Below are positions 48,775-59,885 of a stretch of 64,000 nt of DNA, piece by piece. The notes beneath the pieces were generated by a model. The model had not been told where the DNA came from and made no database searches. It saw only the letters and a list, made by a program, of their open reading frames with translations. The first letter of the stretch is position 1. Each line of letters starts with the position of its first letter. Source of the DNA: Paramoeba atlantica (lineage: Eukaryota; Protista; Discosea); contig CDRNVI010000168.1 of NCBI GenBank assembly GCA_977017575.1, forward strand, positions 64,099-128,098, in the 5' to 3' direction. The position numbers and the translations under genes are program-made.

Positions 48775-50890
48775 TTAACCAGACTCCATTTCTGCTGGTG
48801 CCGCTCCTTGAGCATCACCACGAGAAGAAGAAGTGAAGAGTTCATTTCGAATCAAAGAAGTGAGAGCCGCATGGTTGTGAGCTCGGAGAAGAGGCTTGAA
48901 TTTTTCTTTTTGTTCCCTGGTTAAAGAAGTCTTGTACCTCTGGAAGAATAAAAAAATGATTTTTAAGTTCAAGAGGGGAAGAAACGAAACTTATTCACAG
49001 TGAATTCAAAAGAACCTGTGCAAAAGTGTACAAACATTGGTGCCATAACACAGGAAGCTCTCGTCTATCATCTACAAATGATAAGAAGTGTTTCACCACC
49101 ACATCAACAACAGAGTAAGGAAGAGCATATTTCTTATTTAGAATGGCTCTCATAAAGATTGAAGAGGCACCCCCATATCGAAGTTGTGCAATTTTCATCA
49201 AGGCAGCAGCAGAGTGTGTCCAAGGAATGGAAACCTAAAATTCATAATTTAATCAAAAAAATAGTAGAATCTCACACAAATCACAAGGTAGATTAAAAGA
49301 TTTTAAAAAAAGAAACCTTGACAACAACTGAAGCGATGATAATCGCCTCCTTAAGAGTACAATCACATTCACACAAGGGTAAAATGATCCCTTTAAAAAA
49401 AGCAGCAGGTTTGTACACCGATTTTCTTAAAGCCTAAAAACAAAACAAAAAAAAAAGTGTGAAAAAACATTCTCACACATAGAAAGTAAGAAGAAAAAAA
49501 ACCTGATAAAGATGATAGTTCAGGCGTTTTGATTCTTTAATATCTGCCCGAACACGTGGAAGAAGAACAAGATTGTAAAATCGTTGGGCCATTGCAGCAT
49601 TCATATTCGAGGCGAAGATTTTTGTTCCTTTTTTTGTCTTATTTTAATGAAAGGACTTTTCTGGAATCGAAATCTTCAAATATCACAGCAGGTAATCATC
49701 AAACCTTGATAAACAGCACAAGAAGACCACTCATCAGGGCGAGTAATATACATAATTTCTTCCCAGTTTTTCAAAACAGGTAAAATTTTAAATGCCTATT
49801 GATCAACGATTTAAGTTTTTTCATCGAATCACATGCACAACAACAACAACAACAACAACCTTTCACCCAAAAATGAAAAATCGATTGAAAAAAAACCTTT
49901 GGTAATTTGCCAAACGTATAAGATTTGAGGATTTTTCCAACTGAAGCATAAACTTCGACAACTTCAGGTTTCAAAGATGATTTGATTCGTTGGTCTACTT
50001 CTTCAGGAGTTTCCTAGGGGCAAAACAAAAAGAAAAAGAAAAAGAAAAAGAAAAACCATTTAGAGATAATTGATCAAAAAGAATAAGAGAGAGAAGAGGG
50101 GTCAAACCTCACCATCAATCTCCAATTTTTCTCTCATAAAATCAGCAAGAGTTTTTCTTTGTTGGGGTTCTTTTGACATGAAGAGAGAAAGAGCTCTTTC
50201 TTCTGCTTCAGAAAGGCGGACATCTGCTTCATAAGAAAAATCATATGCAGCATAATCTTCTTCAGTTTCAGAGAAGTCGTCTTCAGACTCTGTAAAGGAA
50301 AAAAGAAAAAAAATTGTGAGTGTATGATTTTTTTTCCTTTTCAAAAAGAATGAGATTGTTGAAAAGAAAAATTCTCTTTCTCCTTTTTCTTCCTACTTTT
50401 TCCTCCCTCGAAAAAAACCCGAAAAAAAAAGAATCAAAAAACCTGAGTTTGTTGAGGAGAGACTAATTCCAGAAGAACTAGCAGCAACTTTTCCTTTCTG
50501 CTGCCCAGCTCTTTCCTCTTCTTTCTCTTCTTCCAATTGTTCGGCAGCAAGTTTCAAAATTTTGGCAGAAGCGACAGTGTCAAGAAGGTCAGAGTCAGTA
50601 TCACCCTTCTTCGATCTCTTTTTTTGAAATTCTTTTGTTTTCTCAACAGAGACATCTTTCACTTCCTCAATCTCCATTTCATCATCATCATCTTCCTCAA
50701 TCCATTTCTCCTTTTTCTTCTTTTTCCCTTTGACAAGAGGGGTTTGTTTTTGTTGTTTTTGTCTGACCTGTTTCTTTTCTGAAGAAGCTTGAACAGCGAG
50801 ATTTTGATCATTCATCATCTCTTGATCAATAGGCATTCGATCTTTCTTTTCGAAAGTCGCACTTCTCTTCCTCTTTTGTTTGGAAGACAT
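48775..50890 (-). CDS. BYSL: Bystin/Enp1 (40S biogenesis), multi-exon
   Basis: [92 protein letters not shown]. Confidence 0.93.
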
Positions 50891-50946
50891 CGTTTGGTTG
50901 GTTTGGTTTGGCGAGAAAACGAAAACGAAAAAAAAAAGAAAAAATA

Positions 50947-50954
50947 TGACGTCA
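50947..50954. promoter_or_regulatory. CRE-like TGACGTCA 57 bp upstream of the bystin ATG
   Basis: Exact palindrome in a short intergenic region. Confidence 0.4.
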
Positions 50955-51081
50955 TCTTTAGAGAAAAACCATTTATTCCTTTTTTTGGACCTAAATTGTT
51001 GTTGTTTGTTTTTTTGTTTTGCTTCGCCTTGTTTTGTTGTTTCTCTTTTCTTTTCTTTCAATCAAAGTCAGAGATGTTGTA

Positions 51082-51416
51082 TTAGCCACCAAAACCGTAC
51101 AAAGTTTTCCCTTGTCGCTTCAGAGCAAGAATAATGTCCATGGAGGTAACAGTCTTTCTTCGAGCGTACCCTGTGTAAATCACAGCTTCACGAATCACCT
51201 TTTCCAGGAACACCTTCAAGACATTCGAGTTTCTTCGTAAACAAGACCAGAGATTCGTTTCACCCCTCCTCTTCGAGCCAGTCGCCTGATTGATGGTTTG
51301 GTGATCCCTTCAATACGGTCACGAAAACGATATCGAAACCTTCGGTAACGTCTTGCACCCTTCCCCAACCCTTTCCCACCTAACCCTCGGCCAAAAAACT
51401 GATTATTATCATCCAT
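51082..51416 (-). pseudogene. Histone H4 variant copy 3 with a 1-bp deletion (or a sequencing error)
   Basis: aagacattcgag versus aagacacttcgag in copy 2, near 51223. The frame shifts after YEETR; the remainder to LYGFGG* is intact in the other frame. Confidence 0.8.
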
Positions 51417-51644
51417 CGAAACTTGTCAACAAGATTTTAAGAAAAACAAACAAAAATCAGTCCAAAATTGGTAATGCAGCGAGTCGCACCATTCTTGTGT
51501 GAATCTCATGAGCGGTGGAGTGTCGTTCAGTGTGTGTGGGTTGGCAACAATTTCTCTGAAAAGGATTTTTTTTTGGAATAACAAAGTTTATTTATTGGTT
51601 TGGGTTTCGTTGTCTGATCGAAAAATTAAGTTTAGGATATTGTA

Positions 51645-51956
51645 TTAGCCACCAAAACCGTACAAAGTTTTCCCCTGTTGTTTGAGAGCAAGAATAATGT
51701 CCATGGAGGTAACAGTCTTTCTTCGAGCGTACCCTGTGTAAATTACAGCTTCACGAATCACATTTTCAAGAAACACCTTCAAGACACTTCGAGTTTCTTC
51801 ATAAACAAGACCAGAGATTCGTTTCACCCCTCCTCTTCGAGCAAGTCGCCTGATTGATGGTTTGGAAAGGATCAGGTGACAACAACATCGAAACCTTCGG
51901 TGACGTTTTGCACCACCCTTCCCCAACCCTCGTCCAAAAAACTGATTATTATTCAT
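51645..51956 (-). CDS. Histone H4 variant copy 2 (103 aa)
   Basis: [25 protein letters not shown]...KTVTSMD...LYGFGG; divergent tail. Confidence 0.9.
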   Translation of the reverse strand: MNNNQFFGRGLGKGGAKRHRRFRCCCHLILSKPSIRRLARRGGVKRISGLVYEETRSVLKVFLENVIREAVIYTGYARRKTVTSMDIILALKQQGKTLYGFGG

Positions 51957-52229
51957 AGCAAATTGTGAACCAATATTTTAAGAAACAAACAAACAATTAG
52001 TCCAAAATTGGGAATGAAGCGAGTCGCACCAATTCTTGTATGAATCTCATGAGCGGAGAGCTACTGTGAGGTTGGCGATCGTTCAGTGTGGGGCTGGCTA
52101 AACGAGCCCACTTTCTGAAAAGCAATCTCTTTTGAAATTGATAAAGTTTATTGGTTTGTGTTTTGTTGTTGGATTGTTGTGCTATTACTTTTACTAATCG
52201 TTCAACAAATCAAGGAAAGAGTGTGTGTA

Positions 52230-52580
52230 TTAGCCATCAAAACTGTACAAAGTTTTCCCTTGTCGCTTCAGAGCACGGATAATGTCCATGGAGGTAACAG
52301 TCTTTCTTCGAGCGTACCCTGTGTAAATCACAGCTTCACGAATCACCTTTTCAAGAAACACCTTCAAGACAGACCGAGTTTCTTCGTAAATTAGACCAGA
52401 GATTCGTTTCACCCCACCTCTTCGAGCAAGTCGCCTGATTGATGGTTTGGTGATCCCTTCAATGCAGTCACGAAAACGAAGATAGCGTAACCTTTGACGG
52501 TACATACCAAAGTTACATTTTGTGCCGATTCCCAACTGTTTCCCTCCTAACCCTCGTCCTTGCTTATTATTATTATTCAT
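52230..52580 (-). CDS. Histone H4 variant copy 1 (116 aa, extended tail)
   Basis: H4 fold as above; MNNNNKQG start at 52580, equivalent to the other copies; ends LYSFDG. Confidence 0.88.
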   Translation of the reverse strand: MNNNNKQGRGLGGKQLGIGTKCNFGMYRQRLRYLRFRDCIEGITKPSIRRLARRGGVKRISGLIYEETRSVLKVFLEKVIREAVIYTGYARRKTVTSMDIIRALKRQGKTLYSFDG

Positions 52581-53166
52581 GCGAGATTGTGGACCCTGGA
52601 AGTTTTTTTTTTGTGAGACGAACGACCAGCCCAAAATTGGGAATGAAGCGAGTCGCACCATTCTTGTATGAATCTTATGAGCGAAGAATTGTGAGGTTGG
52701 CGAATGTAACTCACCTTAAGGAAGAAATCCTTTGTCCTGACTCTGGTGGATGAAAAAATTCCCCTGAAAACTATTTGGGTTGGTGGAAAAACATTTGTTT
52801 ATTTTCTTTGGTCTTGACTAAATGACACCAACTCAAACGTGCCAACTGAACTCAAATAAAATCAAAAAACAAGATGGTAACAAGAAAGACAAAGGGTTAG
52901 AAAACGATTTGTTTCAAAAAAGAATGAGTTTGAACCAACTTTTTCGAAAGTCATTCAGTGAAGAAATAAAAACGACGAAAATGAAAAATTGGTTCTCGCA
53001 ACACTCCCCCAGCAACGAGAGGAGAGTCCGTTTTTAGCGGCTTCTTTTTTGTGAAATTTTGCTCTGAAGGAAAGGACAGAAGAAACTTCTTCTCTTTTTT
53101 CTTCTCTTGACGTTTTCGGAGTTAGTCAAAAAAAAAAACGAGTTTGTTTGCCGATTTTGTGAAAAC

Positions 53167-54230
53167 ATGGCAAATTCTCGCCCTTACCAAATCGATGTGG
53201 TATCTTTAGCTGGAAGAAGGACGAGTTTGGATGTCACTTCTGGAACAACGGTTGCTAATGTGATGCGACAGTACCAAGACAAGGAAGGGGTTCCTGTTAA
53301 CCAACAGCGCCTCGTTTGGGCCGGAGCACAAATCTCTTCGGGGGATCGATCAAGGACACTTCAATCTCTGAACATCGGCGAAGGAAGTGTCATTCATCTC
53401 GTATTGACTTTAAGGGATATTGGAATGTTTGATCTTCATATTGCGACTCCTGGTGTCGAACTCCTCCAAACACCGAAGAATTGGAGTGGTGGAGAATTGG
53501 AAATGAAGGAAATTATCCAAAAAGTGAAGGAGAACAAAAGAGTACTGCGAAGGAATCTCAAGTCAAATCATTTTGAATCATATTCTTCAACATCATCAAG
53601 GGATGGTGATGATGATGAGGAGTCCTCAAGATTATTGTTGTCGAAAGAAGAGTGTCAAATTTTGAAGGATTTCTTAGATCGAAAATTCTTTGAATGGGAG
53701 AGTGAACAATGTGACGAAGGGTCAGCAAAGAAGGAGGATTTTCAAATCACAATTGAGGAAGAAGAACTTTCGACTCTGATTGGAGAACAAACAACACGTA
53801 AACTGATCACCTTTTTCAAGGGTCCTTTCACAGAGATTAAATTGAGAAGGGTTAATTCTCATGGAAAATGCATTAACTTCCATTTGGATGTCTCTCTTCG
53901 GACAATGCAGGTTCCTCTCAACAGTGATCAGGTGATTTTTTTCATTTATTTTGTTGATTGTGATCTCTCCCAAATATCTCGATATGTGTATGTGTTGATT
54001 TTCTTTTTTGACTCTTTTTTGACTCTTCTTTTTCCCCAAAATCCCAGGAATATGATGGAGGGCGTCTCGTTTACTTAATTGAAGATCATCAAGCTGAAAG
54101 AACTGGAAAAGTTGAGATTCCTTCTCGGCCTGCAGGATCATGGACAATTCATGACAACACGATTGTCCATGGAGTGACCACTCTGGCATCAGGGATTCGA
54201 TATGCCCTCTTTTTTCTTCAATACCCATAA
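53167..54230 (+). CDS. Ubiquitin-like domain fused to a 2OG-Fe(II) oxygenase; intron 53932-54047
   Basis: Ub fold (QDKEGVPVNQQRLVWAG...IHLVLTLR); HxD (FHLD), EYDGGRL, distal His VHGVT, GIRYAL Arg. Confidence 0.85.
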
Positions 54231-54708
54231 CTCTTTCCAATGTTTTCGAACGCATTATCTTCCCAATAAAATGACTTTTTCAAAAACAAAATTTAAGTCT
54301 TTCTCTTGAAGCCATTGTCTCCTATCTTTTCTTCCTTCATCGCGACCACCACCCAAACCATTCTTCTTCTTTGGGCAAAAGTTTCTGAGTCTTGAGAAGG
54401 GAGCGGAAATCACTAACCAAAAATTCGTATTCGTCTTGTGCAAGTTCAGAATGAGACTGTCCTTTCTCTGTTTTTGGTTATTGTTTTCATCATCAGAATG
54501 TTTGAATCGAGGTTTTTTTTCTTTTTCTCATCCAACTTGAGAGAACAGCCTCAGAGAGAATCTTTTCGTCAGAACAGAGATTATCAAATTTCCACCTGAA
54601 CTTTCTCAGTTTCCGATCTCTTGTTTTGGACAAAAAAGCTAATTTGTGACAATTTTTTCCGCGCTGTTTTGGGGCAAAATTTCCCTCTTGGTGATTTCCT
54701 CGCGGGAG

Positions 54709-56016
54709 ATGGCCTTGTTTGACGCATTGAAAAAACAGGCACAAGAGAGAGAGATCAGTTCTGGAAATCCTCCTGGGCTGTCTGATGAGTTGAGAAAACA
54801 GAGAGAGACAGAAGAGAAGTATGCACAACTTCAAGAGCTCGAACTCCGCTTACTGGATGAGCTGGTTGAAATAAATCTCAGTGAAGAGGAGTTCCAAGAA
54901 GATGCTATTGCCAATTTGGAGCGACGTCTTTCGAAGGTGCAATCTACATTGAAGTTTTTGAAACAGAGATTGGATCGTGAAGAGAGCTCTTCCTCGAGAG
55001 GAGCTGGCTCAGGTGTTGGAGGAAATTTTAGGGTTGCTGGAAAACCATTGCCAAAGTTGGAAGAGAAAGAGGATGATCCTCATCCTCTTTTCACTAGGTT
55101 GAAAAAACAAGCTGACCAAGGGATAGGTTCTAGTATCCCCCCGGCAAATCCGAGCGCTGATTCGAAACCAACCATCGTGAACACAGACCAGGTGTGGGAG
55201 ATTGGACTGTTTGATTTTCATATTGCGGCTCCTGGTGTCGAACTCCTCCAAACACCGAAGAATTGGAGTGGTGGAGAATTGGAAGTGAAGGAAATTATCC
55301 AAAAAGTGAAGGAGAACCATAGAGGGCCAGTGAGAAATCTCGAGTCAAATCAGTTTGAATCATATTCTTCATCAAGGGATGAGGATGATGATGAGGATGA
55401 GGAGTCCTCAAGATTATTGTTGTCGAAAGAAGAGTGTCAAATTTTGAAGGATTTCTTAGATCGAAAATTCTTTGAATGGGAGAGTGAAGAACAATGCGAC
55501 GAAGGGTCAGCAAGGAAGGGGGATTTTCAAGTCACAATTAAGGAAGAAGAACTTTTGACTCTGATTGGAGAACAAACAACACGTAAACTGATCACCTTTT
55601 TCAAGGGTCCTTTCACAGAGATCAGATTGAGAAGGGTTAATTCTCATGGAAAATGCATTAACTTCCATTTGGATGTCTCTCTTCGGACAATGCAGGTTCC
55701 TCTCAACAGTGATCAGGTGATTTTTTTCATTTATTTTGTTGATTGTGATCTCTCCCAAATATCTCGATATGTGTATGTGTTGATTTTCTTTTTTGACTCT
55801 TTTTTGACTCTTCTTTTTCCCCCAAAATCCCAGGAATATGATGGAGGGCGTCTCGTTTACTTAATTGAAGATCATCAAGCTGAAAGAACTGGAAAAGTTG
55901 AGATTCCTTCTCGGCCTGCAGGATCATGGACAATTCATGACAACACGATTGTCCATGGAGTGACCACTCTGGCATCAGGGATTCGATATGCCCTCTTTTT
56001 TCGTCAATGTCCATAA
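54709..56016 (+). CDS. Coiled-coil protein fused to the same 2OG-Fe(II) oxygenase; intron 55717-55833
   Basis: Oxygenase region near-identical to the previous gene; unrelated N-terminus. The 117-nt intron versus 116 nt in the paralogue shows it is an intron. Confidence 0.85.
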   Translation: MALFDALKKQAQEREISSGNPPGLSDELRKQRETEEKYAQLQELELRLLDELVEINLSEEEFQEDAIANLERRLSKVQSTLKFLKQRLDREESSSSRGAGSGVGGNFRVAGKPLPKLEEKEDDPHPLFTRLKKQADQGIGSSIPPANPSADSKPTIVNTDQVWEIGLFDFHIAAPGVELLQTPKNWSGGELEVKEIIQKVKENHRGPVRNLESNQFESYSSSRDEDDDEDEESSRLLLSKEECQILKDFLDRKFFEWESEEQCDEGSARKGDFQVTIKEEELLTLIGEQTTRKLITFFKGPFTEIRLRRVNSHGKCINFHLDVSLRTMQVPLNSDQVIFFIYFVDCDLSQISRYVYVLIFFFDSFLTLLFPPKSQEYDGGRLVYLIEDHQAERTGKVEIPSRPAGSWTIHDNTIVHGVTTLASGIRYALFFRQCP

Positions 56017-56198
56017 CTCTTTCCAATGTTTTCGAACACATTATCTTCCCAATAAAATGACTTTTTCAAAAACAAAATTTAAGTCTTTCTCTTGAAGCCA
56101 TTGTCTCCTATCTTTTCTTCCTTCATCTCAAACCACCACTCTCACCTTCTCTCTATCACCCAAAAACCACACAAAAAAAGAGAGGGAAGGGGACATAC

Positions 56199-56545
56199 AT
56201 GGTGTCCCTCCTTTGTTTTTCTTTTTTTCGTTTTTGCTGTGTTGTTGTTTTGAGATTGACTGGTTTGGGAATATCTGGTACTGTTGTGTGTCTGCAAGTC
56301 TGGATTGGACAATCTTTGGGTATACGTTAACTGGTGCAACGTGGACACTTTCTGTTTCTCCAAATGATACTATTCGCGATGTCCGACTACAATTGATTGA
56401 CAAAGGTGCCTCAAATCCGAGAATCATCTTCGCTGGAAAAGAGCTGTTGGATGATGCCACACTTTCTGATTGTGGGGTTCAACGTGAATCAACTCTCCAT
56501 GTTGTCGAAACTTCACCACCACCAAAGCCTGCAAAAAAAGACTAA
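56199..56545 (+). CDS. Small ubiquitin-like protein; putative ATG exon 56199-56201 and intron to 56254
   Basis: TLTG.T.TLSVSPNDTIRDVR...RIIFAGKEL.DDATLSDCGVQRESTLHVV; no C-terminal GG. Start uncertain. Confidence 0.72.
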
Positions 56546-57462
56546 TATATGGACTGAAGGACCAACACAAATAAAAACTGACGAATACAGAGCCTCTTCT
56601 TTCTTTTAACAACACGATTGTCCGGGGATTGATCAATAGAGTTGCAACACCGAGCACCCAATAACCTTTTGTGTAAGTTTATGGGCCTTGGTTTGGCAGG
56701 TGATATTTAACTTGACAAATCCTCTCCAAAGTGGGAGTGAGGATTTTCTCAGGAGAAGGATGAGTACCATTTTGAAATTCCACAACACCAGATTGCTCTT
56801 TGCAGTTAATTTTCTCAAAGTCGCTTTTTGAATCCAAAAATGGAAAACCAAAGGGACATTGTCAGGAGGACACCTTTTTCTTTTTTCGTTCTTTGTCATT
56901 GCATGAAGGCGGAGTTGCTGTTTCTCCTCTTTGTCACCTTTTTTGTCATAACACAACAAAATAACCATGTTTCTGATGACCCAGAATATCTCCGAAAAAT
57001 TCCACACCCCCCAAAAGTTCGACTCAATTGCTTCTTCGAATGCACCAGCCGAGGTTCGTAAAAAAATCCTCTCTTTTCTATTTTTTCTTCAACTTATTTT
57101 TTCATTTCTTTTTTTTTTTTTTGCTTTTTGTCTCCTTACCAAAAAAAAATCAAAATAATAAATAGGTCTTTGGTGGAGAGTTAAAAGACCCACGCCGCAA
57201 TGAGACAAATAGTTGTGCAACTGAGTACTCACAAGCCACCCACGATCTCATCCAAGAGGCGGACAAAGAACTGTTTCGTCTCTTTCAAATCCCATCATGT
57301 TGTGCTGATCCTTCCAATTCCTTTTCCTTTCCTTTTGGAGAACCTCTGGGCAACAACGATATTCGAAGAGACAAAATGATGCCCAAACACAAAAAATCCA
57401 AAAACACCTTCGCTGAACGACGTTGACATTTAACTTTTTTCAAGAAATTTAGAGAAATTGTG

Positions 57463-57595
57463 CTCATCTTCGGTGGAAAAGACACAACTGGATGATGATG
57501 ACACACTTTCTGATTGTGGGGGGGGTTCAACGTGAATCGACTCTCCATGTTCTCGAAACTTCACCACCAAAAGCCCTGCAAAAAAATACGAATAT
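57463..57595 (+). pseudogene. Frameshifted 3' fragment of the small UBL gene
   Basis: Aligns to about 56423-56545 with indels, including an expanded G-run (gattgtgggggggg ttcaacgtgaatc). Confidence 0.8.
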
Positions 57596-57718
57596 CTACA
57601 AATAATTTGATAAAGGACCAACAAACTCTCCAAAAGAACTCTACAAAAGCCTCTTTGAGAATCTTTTTAATTTTTTTTTGGGGGTAAAAATCAGTTTCAA
57701 ACAAAAAGTAGTGGTGTT

Positions 57719-59242
57719 TTAAAAAACTGCTTCATCACTCTGTATCCAATCACTTTTCACAGGGTTCGCTACAGAAGAAAGAGGAGGATAAATTTTTCGA
57801 AGTTGCATTACATACTCACCCACAAAATAACCTTGCCTTTTCCAAGCGAACATCTCAGAGTAAGTATAAGGACCAAAGATTTCGGCAGTCTCATCCCCGA
57901 AAGCTCGATATTCCCAAGTAACTCCAACTTTGGACTCTATTTGTTCGAGTGTATCATCGTATATTTTTACATCACCCAAAGCAAGAGCTTCAGAGGAGTA
58001 CGAAGTCAGCTCTTCAACAATTTTCCCTTTCTTTTGTCTCTCAAGTTTTTCTTTTTCTTCTGCTTCTTTTTCTTCTTGAGTTTGATCTTTTCTTTGTTTG
58101 CGATTTGTTCTCATTTTTGAAGGAGGGGCAAAACGGCGAAGCGCTTGTTTCACAGTTTCACCACTGTTCAGGTATGGGATAATTTTCCTTCTAAATAGAT
58201 TAATCTCCACTTTGTTATCTTTTTGACCTTCTTTGACATCTTCTTCCATATCGTTTTCGCCACTTTCACTTGTATCTTCCTCTTCTTTTCCTTTCTTAGA
58301 AGTTGGATTGGGAAAGTAAGCATCACCCTGGGCGTCCACCCCTAAAAATGTGGATTAGAATTATAAATAAAAAAACGAAAAGATCTCTCTCTCTCTCTTT
58401 GTCTCCACACACACAAATGCAGTTGAAGAAAAGGACAAAAAAGAAAGGACAAACCTTCCATCACCCCATCAAACCATGGGTCATCTAACTCTTTTTGTTC
58501 TGCGGCATCACCAAACCTATTTTAGATTCAAAAAAATGAGAGAAGATCTCTTGGAAAGAAAGGGAGGAGTCGATTGTTTTTGAAACTCACTCTTTCTCTT
58601 TTGAAAAGTAGTTTGTTCTTTCTGATGAGGTTCTTAAAAACTGGGTCATTTTCTTTCTGACTTTTTGATCAAGGCAAAATTACCTGCGACGTTCGACGTA
58701 GTGTCCACCTTCATCAAATTTACCATAGTCAAGTTCTCGTTTCATATTAAATGGCTCAAGTCTGACCTCATCAGGTTTTTCCAGAAATCTTTTGAAATTG
58801 AGTTAACAAAACTTTGAGAAATTCTTGTTTCTGATAGAAAAGAGAAAAAATAGAAGAAACGAGGAGAAGAGAAAACAAACCTTGTTTTTGGGATTGTGTT
58901 GGTTTTCGTTTCTGATTCATCAATTTGGGTGTCATCAAGATCGTTTTTTTCTTCATAGAGAGGCTGTAAAAAGTCTGGAACAGGTTTTTTCTCCAATTTT
59001 CTTTTTTCTTCTTCTTCTTTTTCACTTTCTCGTCGATTCCCTCTGTCAATTTGCTCTTGCAATCCATCAACTTCGAGCGAATTGATGCTCCAAGAAGAAG
59101 AAGATGATGATGAAGACGAAGAGGAATTGGACGATGGAAGAGTATCTTCTGAAAATCGAACCCTCTTTTTTGGTTGTACTCTTGTTTCGTCAACTTCATC
59201 CTCCTGCTCTTCTTCCTCCCTTTTCCTCCCTCGTCTCTTCAT
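57719..59242 (-). CDS. CD2BP2: CD2BP2/LIN1 (U5 snRNP 52K), multi-exon
   Basis: KKRVRFSE, EPFNMKRELDYGKFDEGGHY, DDPWFD, GETVKQALRR, C-terminal GYF domain (WEY..FGPY...EM..W...GYF). Confidence 0.85.
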
Positions 59243-59885
59243 TCTTGAGTTGGTAAAAATTCCCAAGTTCGTAAAAAAAAAAAATGAAAACGAAAAAAAG
59301 AGTGGTGTCCTTTTCAACCGGAGTGACACCATTAAAAAGTTCCAGACTTTTTGTGATGGTTTGAGCTATTTTGTTGTCTTCTTCACTTTGGATTGAAGGT
59401 CAAAAACTTTATTTTTTCTGTTTTCGAATATTATTGTTTCAGAACTGTTTTTGAAAAACTTTTGGGGTTCCCAGAGAGATTTTTTTCCTTTAATGTGGAA
59501 AAAATTTCCTTTTTAATGAAGCAGTAAGATGAAACACGATTTGAAAACCAGAAAGACCAATGACCAGGATGAGATCAATTTCTTTCTCGTTTTTGAATGC
59601 TCCGTCCCTGAATTTTCTCATCCAACCGGAGAAAAAACAACAAAATTGCTCAATTTGGGGGTTCATTTTTGTATCCCTAACTGAAGAAATTGAGATGTAA
59701 ATGATCCGATTTTCTGAGCATTTAAAAAATCAAATGTAGCACTTAAATTACGGCTCTATTTTTTTCTTTTGGTTGTTTTTTTTTTTTTTGTTGTTTTTTT
59801 TTTTGGTGGTTTTGGTGGCTTGGGCGAAGGAGGATACAAACTCTTTCTTCTTCTTCTTTTGTTTTTTTCCCCTCGCAAAAAGGAA

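Noticed and set aside
51551-52130. CTTTTCAG downstream of H4 copies 1 and 2, resembling the histone stem-loop
   Set aside because: Only 2 bp of stem can form; AATAAA is present; the similarity is explained by duplication.
52581-52661. N-terminal extension of the H4 ORF shown in the ORF track
   Set aside because: It overlaps the conserved upstream block; the paralogues start at the MNNN-equivalent ATG.
56828-57426. Possible small two-exon gene (MTQNISEK...VFGGELKDPRR...)
   Set aside because: Splicing is plausible but there is no recognisable homology; it lies in a rearranged region.
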